A stretch of 64,000 bases of DNA, from positions 59 to 64,058 of the forward strand of contig DATLUE010000028.1 in assembly GCA_035533255.1 (NCBI GenBank), read 5' to 3'. Below, piece by piece: positions 38,318-47,758 of the stretch. The position numbers were made by a program, and so were the translations under genes. Position 1 is the first letter of the stretch. Each line of letters starts with the position of its first letter. This stretch comes from Stellaceae bacterium. GTDB taxonomy: Bacteria > Pseudomonadota > Alphaproteobacteria > ATCC43930 > CGMCC-115725. The notes beneath the pieces were generated by a model. The model saw nothing but the letters and a program-made list of their open reading frames with translations. It was not told the origin of the DNA and did not search any database.

Positions 38318-39586
38318 TTAGCTCTTATCGGATGCCATGATGAAGCGGTCCATGCGCCGCAGCGCCGGGAAGCGCCGGCTCGCGATGGCGACGACGATCA
38401 AGGTCGCCGCGCCGCCCAGCACCACCGAGCCGACGGCGCCGAACCAATCGGCGGTGACGCCCGATTCGAACTCGCCGAGCTGGTTCGACGTCCCGACGAA
38501 CAGCGAGTTGACCGCGCTGACCCGGCCGCGGATGACATCGGGCGTCGCGGTCTGCACCAGGGTCGAGCGCACCACCACGCTGACCACATCGGCCGCGCCG
38601 ATCAGGATCAGCGCGGCCACGGTCAGCGGCAGCCAATGCGACAATCCGAAAGCGATCGTCGCCGCGCCATAGACCGCCACGGTGATCAGCATGCGCCGGC
38701 CGACATGGCGGTCGAGCGGGTGGCGCGCGAGATAAAGCCCGGTCACCAGCGCGCCGATCGCCGGCGTGCTGCGCAGCAAGCCGAGACCGACCGGCCCGAC
38801 CATCAAGATGTCGCGCGCAAAAATCGGCAGCAGCGCGGTGGCGCCGCCGAAGAACACGCCGAACATGTCGAGCGTGATCGCGCCGCGCACCGCCTCGGCG
38901 TGGCGGATGAAGCTAACGCCGCTCAAGAAACTGGTCCAGGACAGCGGCTGTGCCGCGCGCGCGGGCTGATGCGGCAGCAAGAATACCGCGGTCTCCGCCA
39001 CCAGCAAGAACGCGGCGGCGCCGAAGAACGCGACCGGCGCGCCGAAGATGAACAGCAGCCCGCCGAGCGCGGGGCCGACCACCACCGCGCATTGGTTGAC
39101 CAGCGAGCCCGCCGGCGTGACGCGCGGAAACACCGCAACCGGCACGAGACCCGGCAGCAGCGCCGCCTGTGCCGGCTGCTCGAAAGCGCGGCCGGCGCCG
39201 ACGCAGGCGATGAGAGCGAAAATCCACACCACGCTGCCGGTGCCGAGCAGCGCCAGGAGGCCGATCGCGGTGGCGGCGCTGATCTGCGCGAGCCAAGCAA
39301 TGAGGAGAACGCGCCGGCGCGGGAAATGGTCGATCGCCTGACCCGCGACCAGCGCGAGGCTCACGGTCGGCAGGAACATGGCCAGCCCGACGAAGCCGAG
39401 CTGGAGCGGGCTGTTGGTCAGATTGTAGATGTACCAGCCAACGGCGACGCCCTCGATCTGGAAGGCCGCCGCACCGCAGAACCGCGCCAGCAGATAGAGC
39501 CGCACCGGCCCGGTGAGGACACTGGCCAGTTTGGTCGCTTTCGTCTTGTTGTCGCGCTGGTCTTCGTCCGGCGCGGGGTCGTTCAT
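38318..39586 (-). CDS. MFS transporter
   Basis: 422 aa, about 12 TM, DHFPRRRV loop. Confidence 0.85.
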   Translation of the reverse strand: MNDPAPDEDQRDNKTKATKLASVLTGPVRLYLLARFCGAAAFQIEGVAVGWYIYNLTNSPLQLGFVGLAMFLPTVSLALVAGQAIDHFPRRRVLLIAWLAQISAATAIGLLALLGTGSVVWIFALIACVGAGRAFEQPAQAALLPGLVPVAVFPRVTPAGSLVNQCAVVVGPALGGLLFIFGAPVAFFGAAAFLLVAETAVFLLPHQPARAAQPLSWTSFLSGVSFIRHAEAVRGAITLDMFGVFFGGATALLPIFARDILMVGPVGLGLLRSTPAIGALVTGLYLARHPLDRHVGRRMLITVAVYGAATIAFGLSHWLPLTVAALILIGAADVVSVVVRSTLVQTATPDVIRGRVSAVNSLFVGTSNQLGEFESGVTADWFGAVGSVVLGGAATLIVVAIASRRFPALRRMDRFIMASDKS

Positions 39587-39620
39587 TCCCGAGGCGTCGC
39601 CCGCGCGTCTCGCCGGCGCG

Positions 39621-40508
39621 CTATTCGACGATCCGGTTGCGCAGCACGCCGATCCCCTCGACCTCGGCTTCCATCACGTCGCCGGTATTGAGGAATTTCT
39701 GCGGCGTCATGCCGAGCGCCACGCCCGAGGGCGTGCCGGTCGCGATCACGTCGCCGGCATGGAGCGTCAGGCTGGCGCACACGCTCTCGACGATCGCCGG
39801 AATGCCGAACAGCAAATCCGAGGTGTTCGAGTCCTGGCGCGTCTCGCCGTTCACCCGCAAGGTGATGCGATGGCCGCTCGGGTCGCCGAACTCGTCCTTG
39901 GTAACGACGCACGGCCCCATCGGCCCGAACGTGTCGAAGCTCTTGCCCTTGAACCACTGGCCGTGCGCTGCCTGCTTGTCGCGCGCGGTGACGTCGTTGA
40001 AGACCGTGTAGCCGAAAATGTGATCCATCGCCTGGGCCTGGGTCACGTCGCGCGTCGTCTTGCCGATCACGATCGCGAGCTCGACCTCGTAATCGAGCTG
40101 GTCGGTGTTCTTGGCGTGACGCAGCACGCTGTCCTCGGGGCCGACCACGGTGGTGAAGGGCTTGGAGAAAATCTCCGGCACCGGCGGGAACTTCACGGGG
40201 ATGTTGCGCGCGCGCGCGCCTTCCTCGATATGCGCCTTGTAGTTGCGGCCGATGCAAAAGATGTTTTTGCGCGGATGCGGGATCGGCGCATAGAGCCTCG
40301 TGCCCTGCAGCGGCAGCCAGCCGGACTTGTCCTGCGCCGCGCTGACGACCTTCCTGGCCTCGTCGAGCGCGGCTTGGCCGGCCTCGATGAAGGCGATCAT
40401 GGCGCCGGGCAGGGCGCTCGACGCCTTTTGCAGATCGAGGATGCCGCGCTTGGCGTCGACCACGCCGAGCCGCTCTTGGCCATTGGCATCGAAGGTCACG
40501 AATTTCAT
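39621..40508 (-). CDS. fumarylacetoacetate hydrolase (FAH) family protein
   Basis: 295 aa. LDYEVELAIVIGK, FNDVTARD and GTPSGV motifs. Confidence 0.9.
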   Translation of the reverse strand: MKFVTFDANGQERLGVVDAKRGILDLQKASSALPGAMIAFIEAGQAALDEARKVVSAAQDKSGWLPLQGTRLYAPIPHPRKNIFCIGRNYKAHIEEGARARNIPVKFPPVPEIFSKPFTTVVGPEDSVLRHAKNTDQLDYEVELAIVIGKTTRDVTQAQAMDHIFGYTVFNDVTARDKQAAHGQWFKGKSFDTFGPMGPCVVTKDEFGDPSGHRITLRVNGETRQDSNTSDLLFGIPAIVESVCASLTLHAGDVIATGTPSGVALGMTPQKFLNTGDVMEAEVEGIGVLRNRIVE

Positions 40509-40766
40509 GAATGCTTGCTCCTCACGCTGATGGGAGGCCGCTGGCGATTTCCGTTGCAGGAATGGCGCGCGGCGACTTCACTCCCGCTGGTGCATCGACC
40601 CTAGCTCGCGACGGCACGGCTTTCAACCGAGCGCATGAGACCACCACGGAGACACGAAGACCACGGAGATAAATCTGGCCGCGAAGCGGCCCATTCGATC
40701 TTCTCCGTGCCCCCCGTGGTAAATCTTATTCCGTTGCGCGGTTGCAGAAATGTCATGGAGGCGAGA

Positions 40767-41555
40767 ATGGCTGACATCAAGAACCCGGCGCGCGAGCGGC
40801 TCGCAGGGGGCGCGGTGTCGATCGGCGTCGGGCTGCGGCTGGCGCGCGGCGCCGAGATCGGCCGCATCATGAAAAGCTGCGGCTGGGATTGGCTGTTCAT
40901 CGATCTCGATCATGGCTCGATGTCGCTCGACACCGCGTCGCAGATCTCGGTCGCGGCGCTCGATTCCGGCATTGCGCCGATCGTGCGCGTGCCGCATGGC
41001 CAGCTCGACATGGCGACGCGCGCGCTCGACGGCGGCGGCTGGGGCATCGTCATGCCGCATGTCGATACGCCCGAGGAGGCGGCCGAGCTGGTCGCCCACG
41101 TCAAATACCCGCCGCAGGGCCATCGCTCGGTGATGGGCGCGCTGCCGCAATTCGGCTATCGCGGCCTCGGCGTCGGCGAAGCGGCCAAGATCGTCAACGC
41201 CGAGATGCTGGTGACGGTGATGATCGAGACGCCCACGGCGCTCGCCAATGCCGAGGCGATCGCCGCCATGCCCGGCGTCGACGTGCTGCTGATCGGCACC
41301 AACGATCTCGCGATGGAGATGGGCATCCCCGGGCAATTTGCGCATCCGCAGATCGTCGCGGCTTACGAGAAGGTGATCGCGGCTTGCCGCGGCGCCGGCA
41401 AATGGCCGGGCATGGGCGGCTGCTATGCCGACGATCTGCTGCGCAAATACATCGCGATGGGAATGCGGATGATCCTCGGCGGCAACGACCTGCCGTTCCT
41501 GATGGCGGGCGCGACCGACCGCGCCAAAGTGCTGAAGACCGCGCCGACCGGATAG
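40767..41555 (+). CDS. HpcH/HpaI-family aldolase
   Basis: 262 aa from ATG 40767 (GGAGG at 40757-40761). WLFIDLDHG, IVRVP, YPPQGHRS and GTNDLA motifs. Confidence 0.9.
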   Translation: MADIKNPARERLAGGAVSIGVGLRLARGAEIGRIMKSCGWDWLFIDLDHGSMSLDTASQISVAALDSGIAPIVRVPHGQLDMATRALDGGGWGIVMPHVDTPEEAAELVAHVKYPPQGHRSVMGALPQFGYRGLGVGEAAKIVNAEMLVTVMIETPTALANAEAIAAMPGVDVLLIGTNDLAMEMGIPGQFAHPQIVAAYEKVIAACRGAGKWPGMGGCYADDLLRKYIAMGMRMILGGNDLPFLMAGATDRAKVLKTAPTG

Positions 41556-41563
41556 GACGAGCG

Positions 41564-42403
41564 CTACCGCGCCTGCGCTTGCTGCTCGATCGCGGGACGA
41601 TCGCCGAGAATTGCATAGTCGATCGGAATCGCGTTGACGAAATGCTGGACGCGATCTTGCACGGTTTGCGCGGCGCTGAGCGCGGCCGCGTAATCGCGAT
41701 AGCTGGGCGAGCGCAAATAGTAGAGCCTATGGCCGCCGGCGCCCGGCGCCTGCGCGACATCCACTTTCAGCCCGGTCGCCTCGACCGCCCATTGCACGCG
41801 CCGCGCATTGTCTTCATTGGCGAACGCGCCGAACTGAACCCGATAGGGTCCGGCAAGGTTGGCGGGCGCGGCGGGTGGCGCATGCAGTGCCACGGTTTGT
41901 GCCGCTGCCGCATGCACCGTCTTGGCGGCGATGCGCGACTTCTTCGGCGCTGCAGCGGCTCGATGTTGCGCGGCGGTATGGGAGCGTGCGGCCCGCGCTT
42001 GCGGTTCGACGGCGAGGTAGGGCACCGGCGCCGGCGTGTCGGCTGCGGCTTGCGGCGTCGCATCTGACGGGGTGGGCGTTGCTGCGGCAACCGTAACCGG
42101 CGCGGGCGGCTGCGCGACGCTCGGCGGTGCCGATGGCGTGACCTGCGCGAGTCGCGGCGCCGCCATGCTGGGCGCGATCTCGCCCGGCGCTTGGGCGACG
42201 GTTGCCGGCAAGGTCGGCTCCGCGACGGGGGGCGTTGCGACCCGGTCGGCGACTTGCGCGACCGCGCCGTCGCTCGCCAGCCATTTGTAGGCCGTCCCGC
42301 CGGCCAGGCCGATGCCGAAGAAGAATACCAACGCGATCGCGGTGTAGGTCGCGCTGACGAAGGTCGGTCGGCTGCCGGGCGTTGCGGACAAAGTTATCCC
42401 CAT
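41564..42403 (-). CDS. SPOR-domain (peptidoglycan-binding) membrane protein
   Basis: 279 aa. One TM, a Pro/Ala-rich linker and a C-terminal SPOR-like segment YRVQFGAFANEDNARR. Confidence 0.78.
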   Translation of the reverse strand: MGITLSATPGSRPTFVSATYTAIALVFFFGIGLAGGTAYKWLASDGAVAQVADRVATPPVAEPTLPATVAQAPGEIAPSMAAPRLAQVTPSAPPSVAQPPAPVTVAAATPTPSDATPQAAADTPAPVPYLAVEPQARAARSHTAAQHRAAAAPKKSRIAAKTVHAAAAQTVALHAPPAAPANLAGPYRVQFGAFANEDNARRVQWAVEATGLKVDVAQAPGAGGHRLYYLRSPSYRDYAAALSAAQTVQDRVQHFVNAIPIDYAILGDRPAIEQQAQAR

Positions 42404-42431
42404 AATTGGAGATAGACTCGGGTGTTTATGG

Positions 42432-42447
42432 TTAATTTTAGGTTAAC
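42432..42447. promoter_or_regulatory. CtrA-box consensus TTAA-N7-TTAAC
   Basis: TTAATTTTAGGTTAAC. The flanking bases make it read TTAA-N7-TTAAC on both strands. It starts 29 nt upstream of the SPOR-gene ATG (42403) and spans 29-44 nt upstream. It is the only full match I noticed; my scan covered mainly the low-G+C and intergenic stretches. Confidence 0.45.
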
Positions 42448-42612
42448 GCCGGCACGAGTCGATCTCTTTCGTGCCTTCCGATCGGTTTCGACGAAGGCGG
42501 CGGCGATCGGCCCAACCACCTGAAATAAAATAACTTTCTATCGCTCCGGGCGCCAAAACACCAAGCTGTCGCTCGGTGCCCTGGCGGCCTTTGCGAAGGT
42601 TAACGGCGTCGC

Positions 42613-43869
42613 TTACCCGCCGAACGGATAGACCGCATTGCCCGATTTGAAGGCCGGCGGGTCGAGTATGATGGTCTTCTTGGGGTCTTTGAATTGGTCG
42701 AGACCGGTGCCGGTGATGCCCTGGAACTGCACCATCAGCATGCGCGATTGCGCCCATTCGCCGTCCTTGCCGAATTTGATGTCGCCGAACACGGTCTTGA
42801 AGGTATGCGAGCGGATGTAATCGGCGAGCTTGTCCTGGTCGAGGCTCTTCGTGCCTTCGACCGCCTGCTGCAGCACCTGCATATTGGCGTAGCTGATCGG
42901 CACCATGTAGTAGCCGAGCGGATCGGCGCCGGCCGCTTTCGCGCGCGCCTGGTATTTGCTCAGCACATCGGCGACGCCCGGGAACATCATGGTTTGCGCC
43001 GGCTGCCATACGTCGAAGGTGATGAAGCCGTTGAGTGCTGGCCCGAGCTGCCGCTTGATCGCGGTCGCCTGCGGCCCGACCATCGCGCCGCCGATCATCT
43101 TGGGCTTGTAGCCGATCTCTTTCACCGCGCGGATCATGCACGCGGAATCGGTGACGTAGGAAGCGAACAGCACGATATCGGGATTGGTCGCCTGGATCGC
43201 GCGCACCACGGGTCCGCAATCGGTGATGTTGCCGGGATAGGTCTTGTCGTAGACGATATCGAGCCCGTCGGCCTTCGCGGTCTGGCGCGCGCCGTCGGCG
43301 GCGTTGTGCGCGAACTCGATGTCGGCCGAGCTGATCGCGATCGTCTTCGGCTTCGGGTTCTGCGCCATCGCGACGTTGAAGAAGCCCTGGGTGAAGGCGG
43401 TCTTCGGATTGGGCCCCGACGGGATCATCGCGAAATATTTCGGATAGTGAAACTGGCTGTTCACCGCGAGTCCCAAGAGCGCGAGAAAAGTCATGTTGTG
43501 CTGCATCACCACCGGCATCGCCGGCGCGATCAGCCCGGTGGCATAGGAGCTGACCACGAGATCGACCTTATCGACGTCGAGCAGCTTGGTGTAGATGCCG
43601 GGCACGTTCGCCGGGTTGCTCTGATCGTCGTAATGGACGAGTTGCACGGGCCGACCGAGTAAGCCGCCCTTCGCATTGACATCCTCGGCCCAGATCTGCA
43701 TCGCCAACAGCGCCGGCTTGCCGTTCGCGGCAAGGCCGCCGGTCTCCTCCATGCTGAAGCCGATCTTGATCGGATCGGCGGCGCGCGCCGCGGGCGCGGC
43801 CAGCGTCAACCCGACCGCCATACCGGCGATCGCGAGCCAAGCCTTGTCGCTTCGAGATGAGCTGGTCAT
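42613..43869 (-). CDS. ABC substrate-binding protein, branched-chain amino acid (LivK/PBP1) type, orphan
   Basis: About 418 aa with a signal peptide ..AGMAVGLTLAAPAARAADPIKIG. The start is ATG 43869 (GGGGGAA upstream) or ATG 43884. Confidence 0.85.
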   Translation of the reverse strand: MTSSSRSDKAWLAIAGMAVGLTLAAPAARAADPIKIGFSMEETGGLAANGKPALLAMQIWAEDVNAKGGLLGRPVQLVHYDDQSNPANVPGIYTKLLDVDKVDLVVSSYATGLIAPAMPVVMQHNMTFLALLGLAVNSQFHYPKYFAMIPSGPNPKTAFTQGFFNVAMAQNPKPKTIAISSADIEFAHNAADGARQTAKADGLDIVYDKTYPGNITDCGPVVRAIQATNPDIVLFASYVTDSACMIRAVKEIGYKPKMIGGAMVGPQATAIKRQLGPALNGFITFDVWQPAQTMMFPGVADVLSKYQARAKAAGADPLGYYMVPISYANMQVLQQAVEGTKSLDQDKLADYIRSHTFKTVFGDIKFGKDGEWAQSRMLMVQFQGITGTGLDQFKDPKKTIILDPPAFKSGNAVYPFGG

Positions 43870-44151
43870 GTACGTTTCCCCCATTGGTTTTGTTATCGCG
43901 ATAATGGCGCCGGCGGCCTAGCCGCCGAGGCAAGCGCAAAGCCGGGCCGGTCTTGCGGCGCGGGCCGTCCCGATCCCGGCGTTTCCTTGCCGGCGAGCAG
44001 ACACCGCGCCTGCCATCGCGTCAAGAGGCGGGACCCCTGCTGCGGTTCGCCGCGCGCGTTGCCTTGACAAGGCGTTGCACCTCAACAAGGATCGCCGCTG
44101 GTAAAACCGGCAGCGCATCGGCGTGAGGCGCAAGCCCGAGGGGAGGTTCGA

Positions 44152-45213
44152 CTGCGCCCGATCCACAGCCTATTTGCCGGCCTGCTGGCCGTCCTCTTGC
44201 TCTTGGTCGTTTTCGGGCTTGCGGCGCCCGCGACGGCCCAGCCGCTGACCCATGTCGTCATCGCGACCGTGCCGACTATCGCCTCGACCTCGACCTACAT
44301 CGCCGACGCCAAGGGCTATCTGCGCGACGCCGGCATCGATGCCGAAATCCAGAACATCGATTCGGTCAGCACGGCGATGCCGCTTCTGGCGAGCGGCCGC
44401 ATTCAGGTGGCCCAAGGCGGACTCGCCGCGTCGTATTGGAACGGGGTGGCGCAGGGTCTGCCGGTGATCATGGCGTTCGAGGGCGGCTCGACGCCGCTCA
44501 ACCACCATATCCTGCTGGGGCTCGGTGCGAAGGACAAGATCAAGGCGATCGCCGATCTCAAGGGCCATGCGGTCGCGCTCAACGCGCCGGGCTCGATCAT
44601 CGGCTACGATCTCTACAAGGTGCTCGGCAGCGCCGGCCTGACCTTCAACGACGTCGACATCAAATACATCTCGTTCCCGCAAATGGGCATCGCCCTCCAG
44701 AACGGCGCGGTCGATGCCGCGGTGGACGTGCCGCCGTTCGGCGACCTGATCATCGCGAAGGGGCTCGGCGTCAATTGGATCAACACCGACGACTATCTGA
44801 AGCCGGCGCCGGTCACGGTCGTTCATTACGTCATCAATTCCGATTGGGCGAAGGCGAATAGCGATCTCGCGCATCGCCTGTTCGTCGCGATCGGCCGCGG
44901 CACGCGCGATTATTGCCAAGCCTATCATCACGGCCCCAACCGCGACGAGGTGATCGCGATCATGCTTAAATACGGCGTCGCCGGCACTCACGATTCGCTC
45001 GACAAATTCCCGTGGCAGGCGCGCGATCCCAATGGGCGCTTCAACATGGCGAGCCTCTTGGACGTGCAGGATTGGTATTTCAAGGACGGCTTTATCAAGC
45101 AGAAGCTGACGCCCCGGCAGCTCGTCGATCCGAGCTATGCCGATGCGGCGGCGAAAGCGCTCGGACCGTTCGCGGTAACGAACACGGCGAGCACGCTGCG
45201 CGGTTGCCGCTAA
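44152..45213 (+). CDS. ABC substrate-binding protein (NitT/TauT, NMT1-like); start assigned to a CTG
   Basis: The track ORF starts at TTG 44197 in the middle of a hydrophobic core. The frame is open from 44068 with no ATG/GTG/TTG before 44197. GGGAGG (44141-44146) lies 5 nt before CTG 44152. That start gives a complete signal peptide (M)RPIHSLFAGLLAVLLLLVVFGLAAPATA. Confidence 0.75.
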   Translation: MRPIHSLFAGLLAVLLLLVVFGLAAPATAQPLTHVVIATVPTIASTSTYIADAKGYLRDAGIDAEIQNIDSVSTAMPLLASGRIQVAQGGLAASYWNGVAQGLPVIMAFEGGSTPLNHHILLGLGAKDKIKAIADLKGHAVALNAPGSIIGYDLYKVLGSAGLTFNDVDIKYISFPQMGIALQNGAVDAAVDVPPFGDLIIAKGLGVNWINTDDYLKPAPVTVVHYVINSDWAKANSDLAHRLFVAIGRGTRDYCQAYHHGPNRDEVIAIMLKYGVAGTHDSLDKFPWQARDPNGRFNMASLLDVQDWYFKDGFIKQKLTPRQLVDPSYADAAAKALGPFAVTNTASTLRGCR

Positions 45214-45281
45214 GCGCCGCAGCGCCGTTTGCGAGTAACAGGCTGCCGGTTCCGGCGGCCGCAGAAGGAGGGAGTGAGGCA

Positions 45282-45833
45282 ATGGGTATTGCACCATATT
45301 CGCCGGCGAGGCGCGTCATCACCGGCCACGACAAGACCGGCAAGGCGGTCGTCCTCATCGACGACAACACGCCCTACACGATGAAGCGCGGCGAGGGCAC
45401 GCTGCAGCAGCGACTGTGGGTCACCGACAAGTTCCCGGTCGACATGGCGGGCGATAAGGATCGCGCCAGCATCGAGGTGCGCATCGCGCCGCCGCCGGGC
45501 GGCACCATCATTCGCTATCTCGACATTCCTCCCGAGGGCGCGGAAGCGAAAACGCAGCCGAACGATCACATGTCGAAGATGCTGGGCGACCAGCATCACG
45601 CGCCGCCGGGCGTGCGCCCGCCGCGCCACCCCAGCATGCATCGCACCCGCACGCTCGATTATGCGATCGTGCTCTCGGGCGAGATCGACATGCTGCTCGA
45701 CGACAGCGAGGTGCATTTGAAAGCCGGCGATGTGCTGGTGCAGCAGGCGACCAACCACGCCTGGGTCAACCGCGGCAAGGAGCCGTGCCGCATCTGCTTC
45801 GTGCTGATCGACGGCGCGGACCCACTGGTTTGA
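45282..45833 (+). CDS. cupin-domain protein
   Basis: 183 aa from ATG 45282 (GGAGGGAG upstream). The C-terminal GDVLVQQATNHAWVNRG..CFVLID is a cupin_2-like pattern. Confidence 0.72.
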   Translation: MGIAPYSPARRVITGHDKTGKAVVLIDDNTPYTMKRGEGTLQQRLWVTDKFPVDMAGDKDRASIEVRIAPPPGGTIIRYLDIPPEGAEAKTQPNDHMSKMLGDQHHAPPGVRPPRHPSMHRTRTLDYAIVLSGEIDMLLDDSEVHLKAGDVLVQQATNHAWVNRGKEPCRICFVLIDGADPLV

Positions 45834-45861
45834 GCCGGCCGCCGGTCCGAGCAGGGAAAGC

Positions 45862-46668
45862 ATGACAACCGAGCCCGCGCGCAAGGGAGCGAAGATCGAG
45901 ATCGCCGGTCTGCGCAAGATCTTCGAAACCCCGCGCGGGACGGTGGAGGCGATCGCCGACATCGATCTCCACATCGCGGCCGGCGAATTCTTCTGCATCG
46001 TCGGGCCGTCGGGCTGCGGCAAGTCGACCTTGCTGCGCATCCTTGCGGGGCTCGAGCGCCAATCCGCCGGCACGATCGCGGTCGATAGCGCCGGCTGGGC
46101 GGTCGAGAACGCGATGGTGTTCCAGGATAGCGGGCTCTTTCCCTGGATGTCGGTCGAGGAGAATGTCGGCTTTGGACTGATGACCCGTGGCGTGCCCGCG
46201 GCCGAGCGCGCGGTGCGGGTCGAGGCGGCGATGCGGCTCGTCGGCCTGACCCAGTTCCGCCGCCATTTTCCGCACCAGCTTTCGGGCGGAATGCGCCAGC
46301 GCGGCGCGATCGCGCGCGCCTTCGTCACCGATCCGGCGGTGCTTTATATGGACGAGCCGTTCGCCGCGCTCGATGCGCAGAACCGCACCATCCTGCAGGA
46401 AGAGCTGGTCCGGCTCTGGGAGACGACCGGAAAGACCGTGGTCTATATCACGCATTCGATCGACGAGGCGCTGTTCCTCGGCGACCGCACCGCGGTGATG
46501 ACCGCGCATCCCGGCCGCATCAAGGAAATCATCGACGTGCCGTTTCCTCATCCGCGCAACCTGATGGAGTTGTCGGTGACGCCGGTCTTTGGCGAGCTTA
46601 AGCTCAAAATCTGGCGCGTGCTCGAGGACGAAGTCAACCGGGCGCGAGCCAGCGAGGACGGCGCATGA
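45862..46668 (+). CDS. ABC transporter ATP-binding protein (NitT/TauT family)
   Basis: 268 aa. Walker A GPSGCGKST, signature LSGGMRQR and Walker B LYMDEPF. Confidence 0.92.
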   Translation: MTTEPARKGAKIEIAGLRKIFETPRGTVEAIADIDLHIAAGEFFCIVGPSGCGKSTLLRILAGLERQSAGTIAVDSAGWAVENAMVFQDSGLFPWMSVEENVGFGLMTRGVPAAERAVRVEAAMRLVGLTQFRRHFPHQLSGGMRQRGAIARAFVTDPAVLYMDEPFAALDAQNRTILQEELVRLWETTGKTVVYITHSIDEALFLGDRTAVMTAHPGRIKEIIDVPFPHPRNLMELSVTPVFGELKLKIWRVLEDEVNRARASEDGA

Positions 46669-47450
46669 GCATGAGCGGCCGCGGCGAGGCGGCGCGTCAT
46701 CTGCGGCAAGAGCGGCTGCTTTATCTGCTGTCGCCGATCGCGCTGCTGATCCTGTGGCAGCTCGCCATCATGGCCGGCCTCGGCGACCGCCGCTTCGTTC
46801 CGGCACCGACGGACATTGCCGAGCGCTTCTGGCTGCTGTGCATTTCGGGCGAGCTGCCCTGGGATACGGTCGTGACCTTGTGGCGCATCCTTGCCGGCTT
46901 CCTGATCGGCGCGATCCCCGGCATCGCTCTCGGTCTCGCGATGGCGATGTGGCGCGGCGTGCGGATCGTGGTCGATCCGCTGATCGCGGCGCTGTTCCCG
47001 ATCCCCAAGCTCGCGCTGATGCCGCTCATCCTGCTCGCTTTCGGCTTCGGCGAGACCTCGAAGATCGTGGTGGTCGCGATCGGCGCGTTCTTCCCGGTGA
47101 TCGTCAACACCTATGCCGGCGCCGCGAATATCGACAAAATCTATATCGACGTGGCGCGGAATTACGGCGCGAGCCCGCGCGTCATGTTCACGCGCGTCGT
47201 GTTCTACGGCGCGCTGCCGCTGATCTTCGCGGGGCTGCGCGTCGCGCTCGCGATCTCGTTCATCATCGGCACCGCGGCCGAGTTCATCGCCGCCAAGAGC
47301 GGCATTGGCTACCTCATCTGGTCGTCCTGGGAGCTGTTGCAGGTCGATGCGATGTTCGTCGGCATCGTCACCATCGGGCTCCTCGGCGTCATCACCTCGA
47401 CGCTGTTCATCGAGGTCGAGCGCAAGGTCATCCCGTGGAAGGCGCCATGA
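46665..47450 (+). CDS. ABC transporter permease
   Basis: 261 aa, about 6 TM, EAA-like loop. Overlaps the ATPase stop by 4 nt. Confidence 0.9.
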   Translation: MSMSGRGEAARHLRQERLLYLLSPIALLILWQLAIMAGLGDRRFVPAPTDIAERFWLLCISGELPWDTVVTLWRILAGFLIGAIPGIALGLAMAMWRGVRIVVDPLIAALFPIPKLALMPLILLAFGFGETSKIVVVAIGAFFPVIVNTYAGAANIDKIYIDVARNYGASPRVMFTRVVFYGALPLIFAGLRVALAISFIIGTAAEFIAAKSGIGYLIWSSWELLQVDAMFVGIVTIGLLGVITSTLFIEVERKVIPWKAP

Positions 47451-47725
47451 TGCGAATCCTGCGACCGCTTGTGCTGCTGGCCGTGCTCGGCCTGCAAGGC
47501 TGCAGCTTGTTCACGATCGCAGACGGCTACGGCAACACCTATGGCAACTTTTTCGATTACGGCAATCGATATACGTGGCAGCTCGCGACCTGCCAGAGCG
47601 ACCTCGCGGCGGGCAATGTCGATGCGAAGCTGCGTCAGCGTTGGATGCAATGCTGCATGTGGCGCCACGGCGTGCCGATCGACGACCATGCCGGCTGCGC
47701 CGCGCCGCCTTATTACAGCGGCTGA
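47447..47725 (+). CDS. small Cys-rich lipoprotein (92 aa)
   Basis: MMRILRPLVLLAVLGLQGC lipobox. The ATG overlaps the permease stop (ATGA). Four further Cys residues. No family recognised. Confidence 0.6.
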   Translation: MMRILRPLVLLAVLGLQGCSLFTIADGYGNTYGNFFDYGNRYTWQLATCQSDLAAGNVDAKLRQRWMQCCMWRHGVPIDDHAGCAAPPYYSG

Positions 47726-47758
47726 AATCGGCCGGATGGCGGCGAGGGCAGGAATTTC

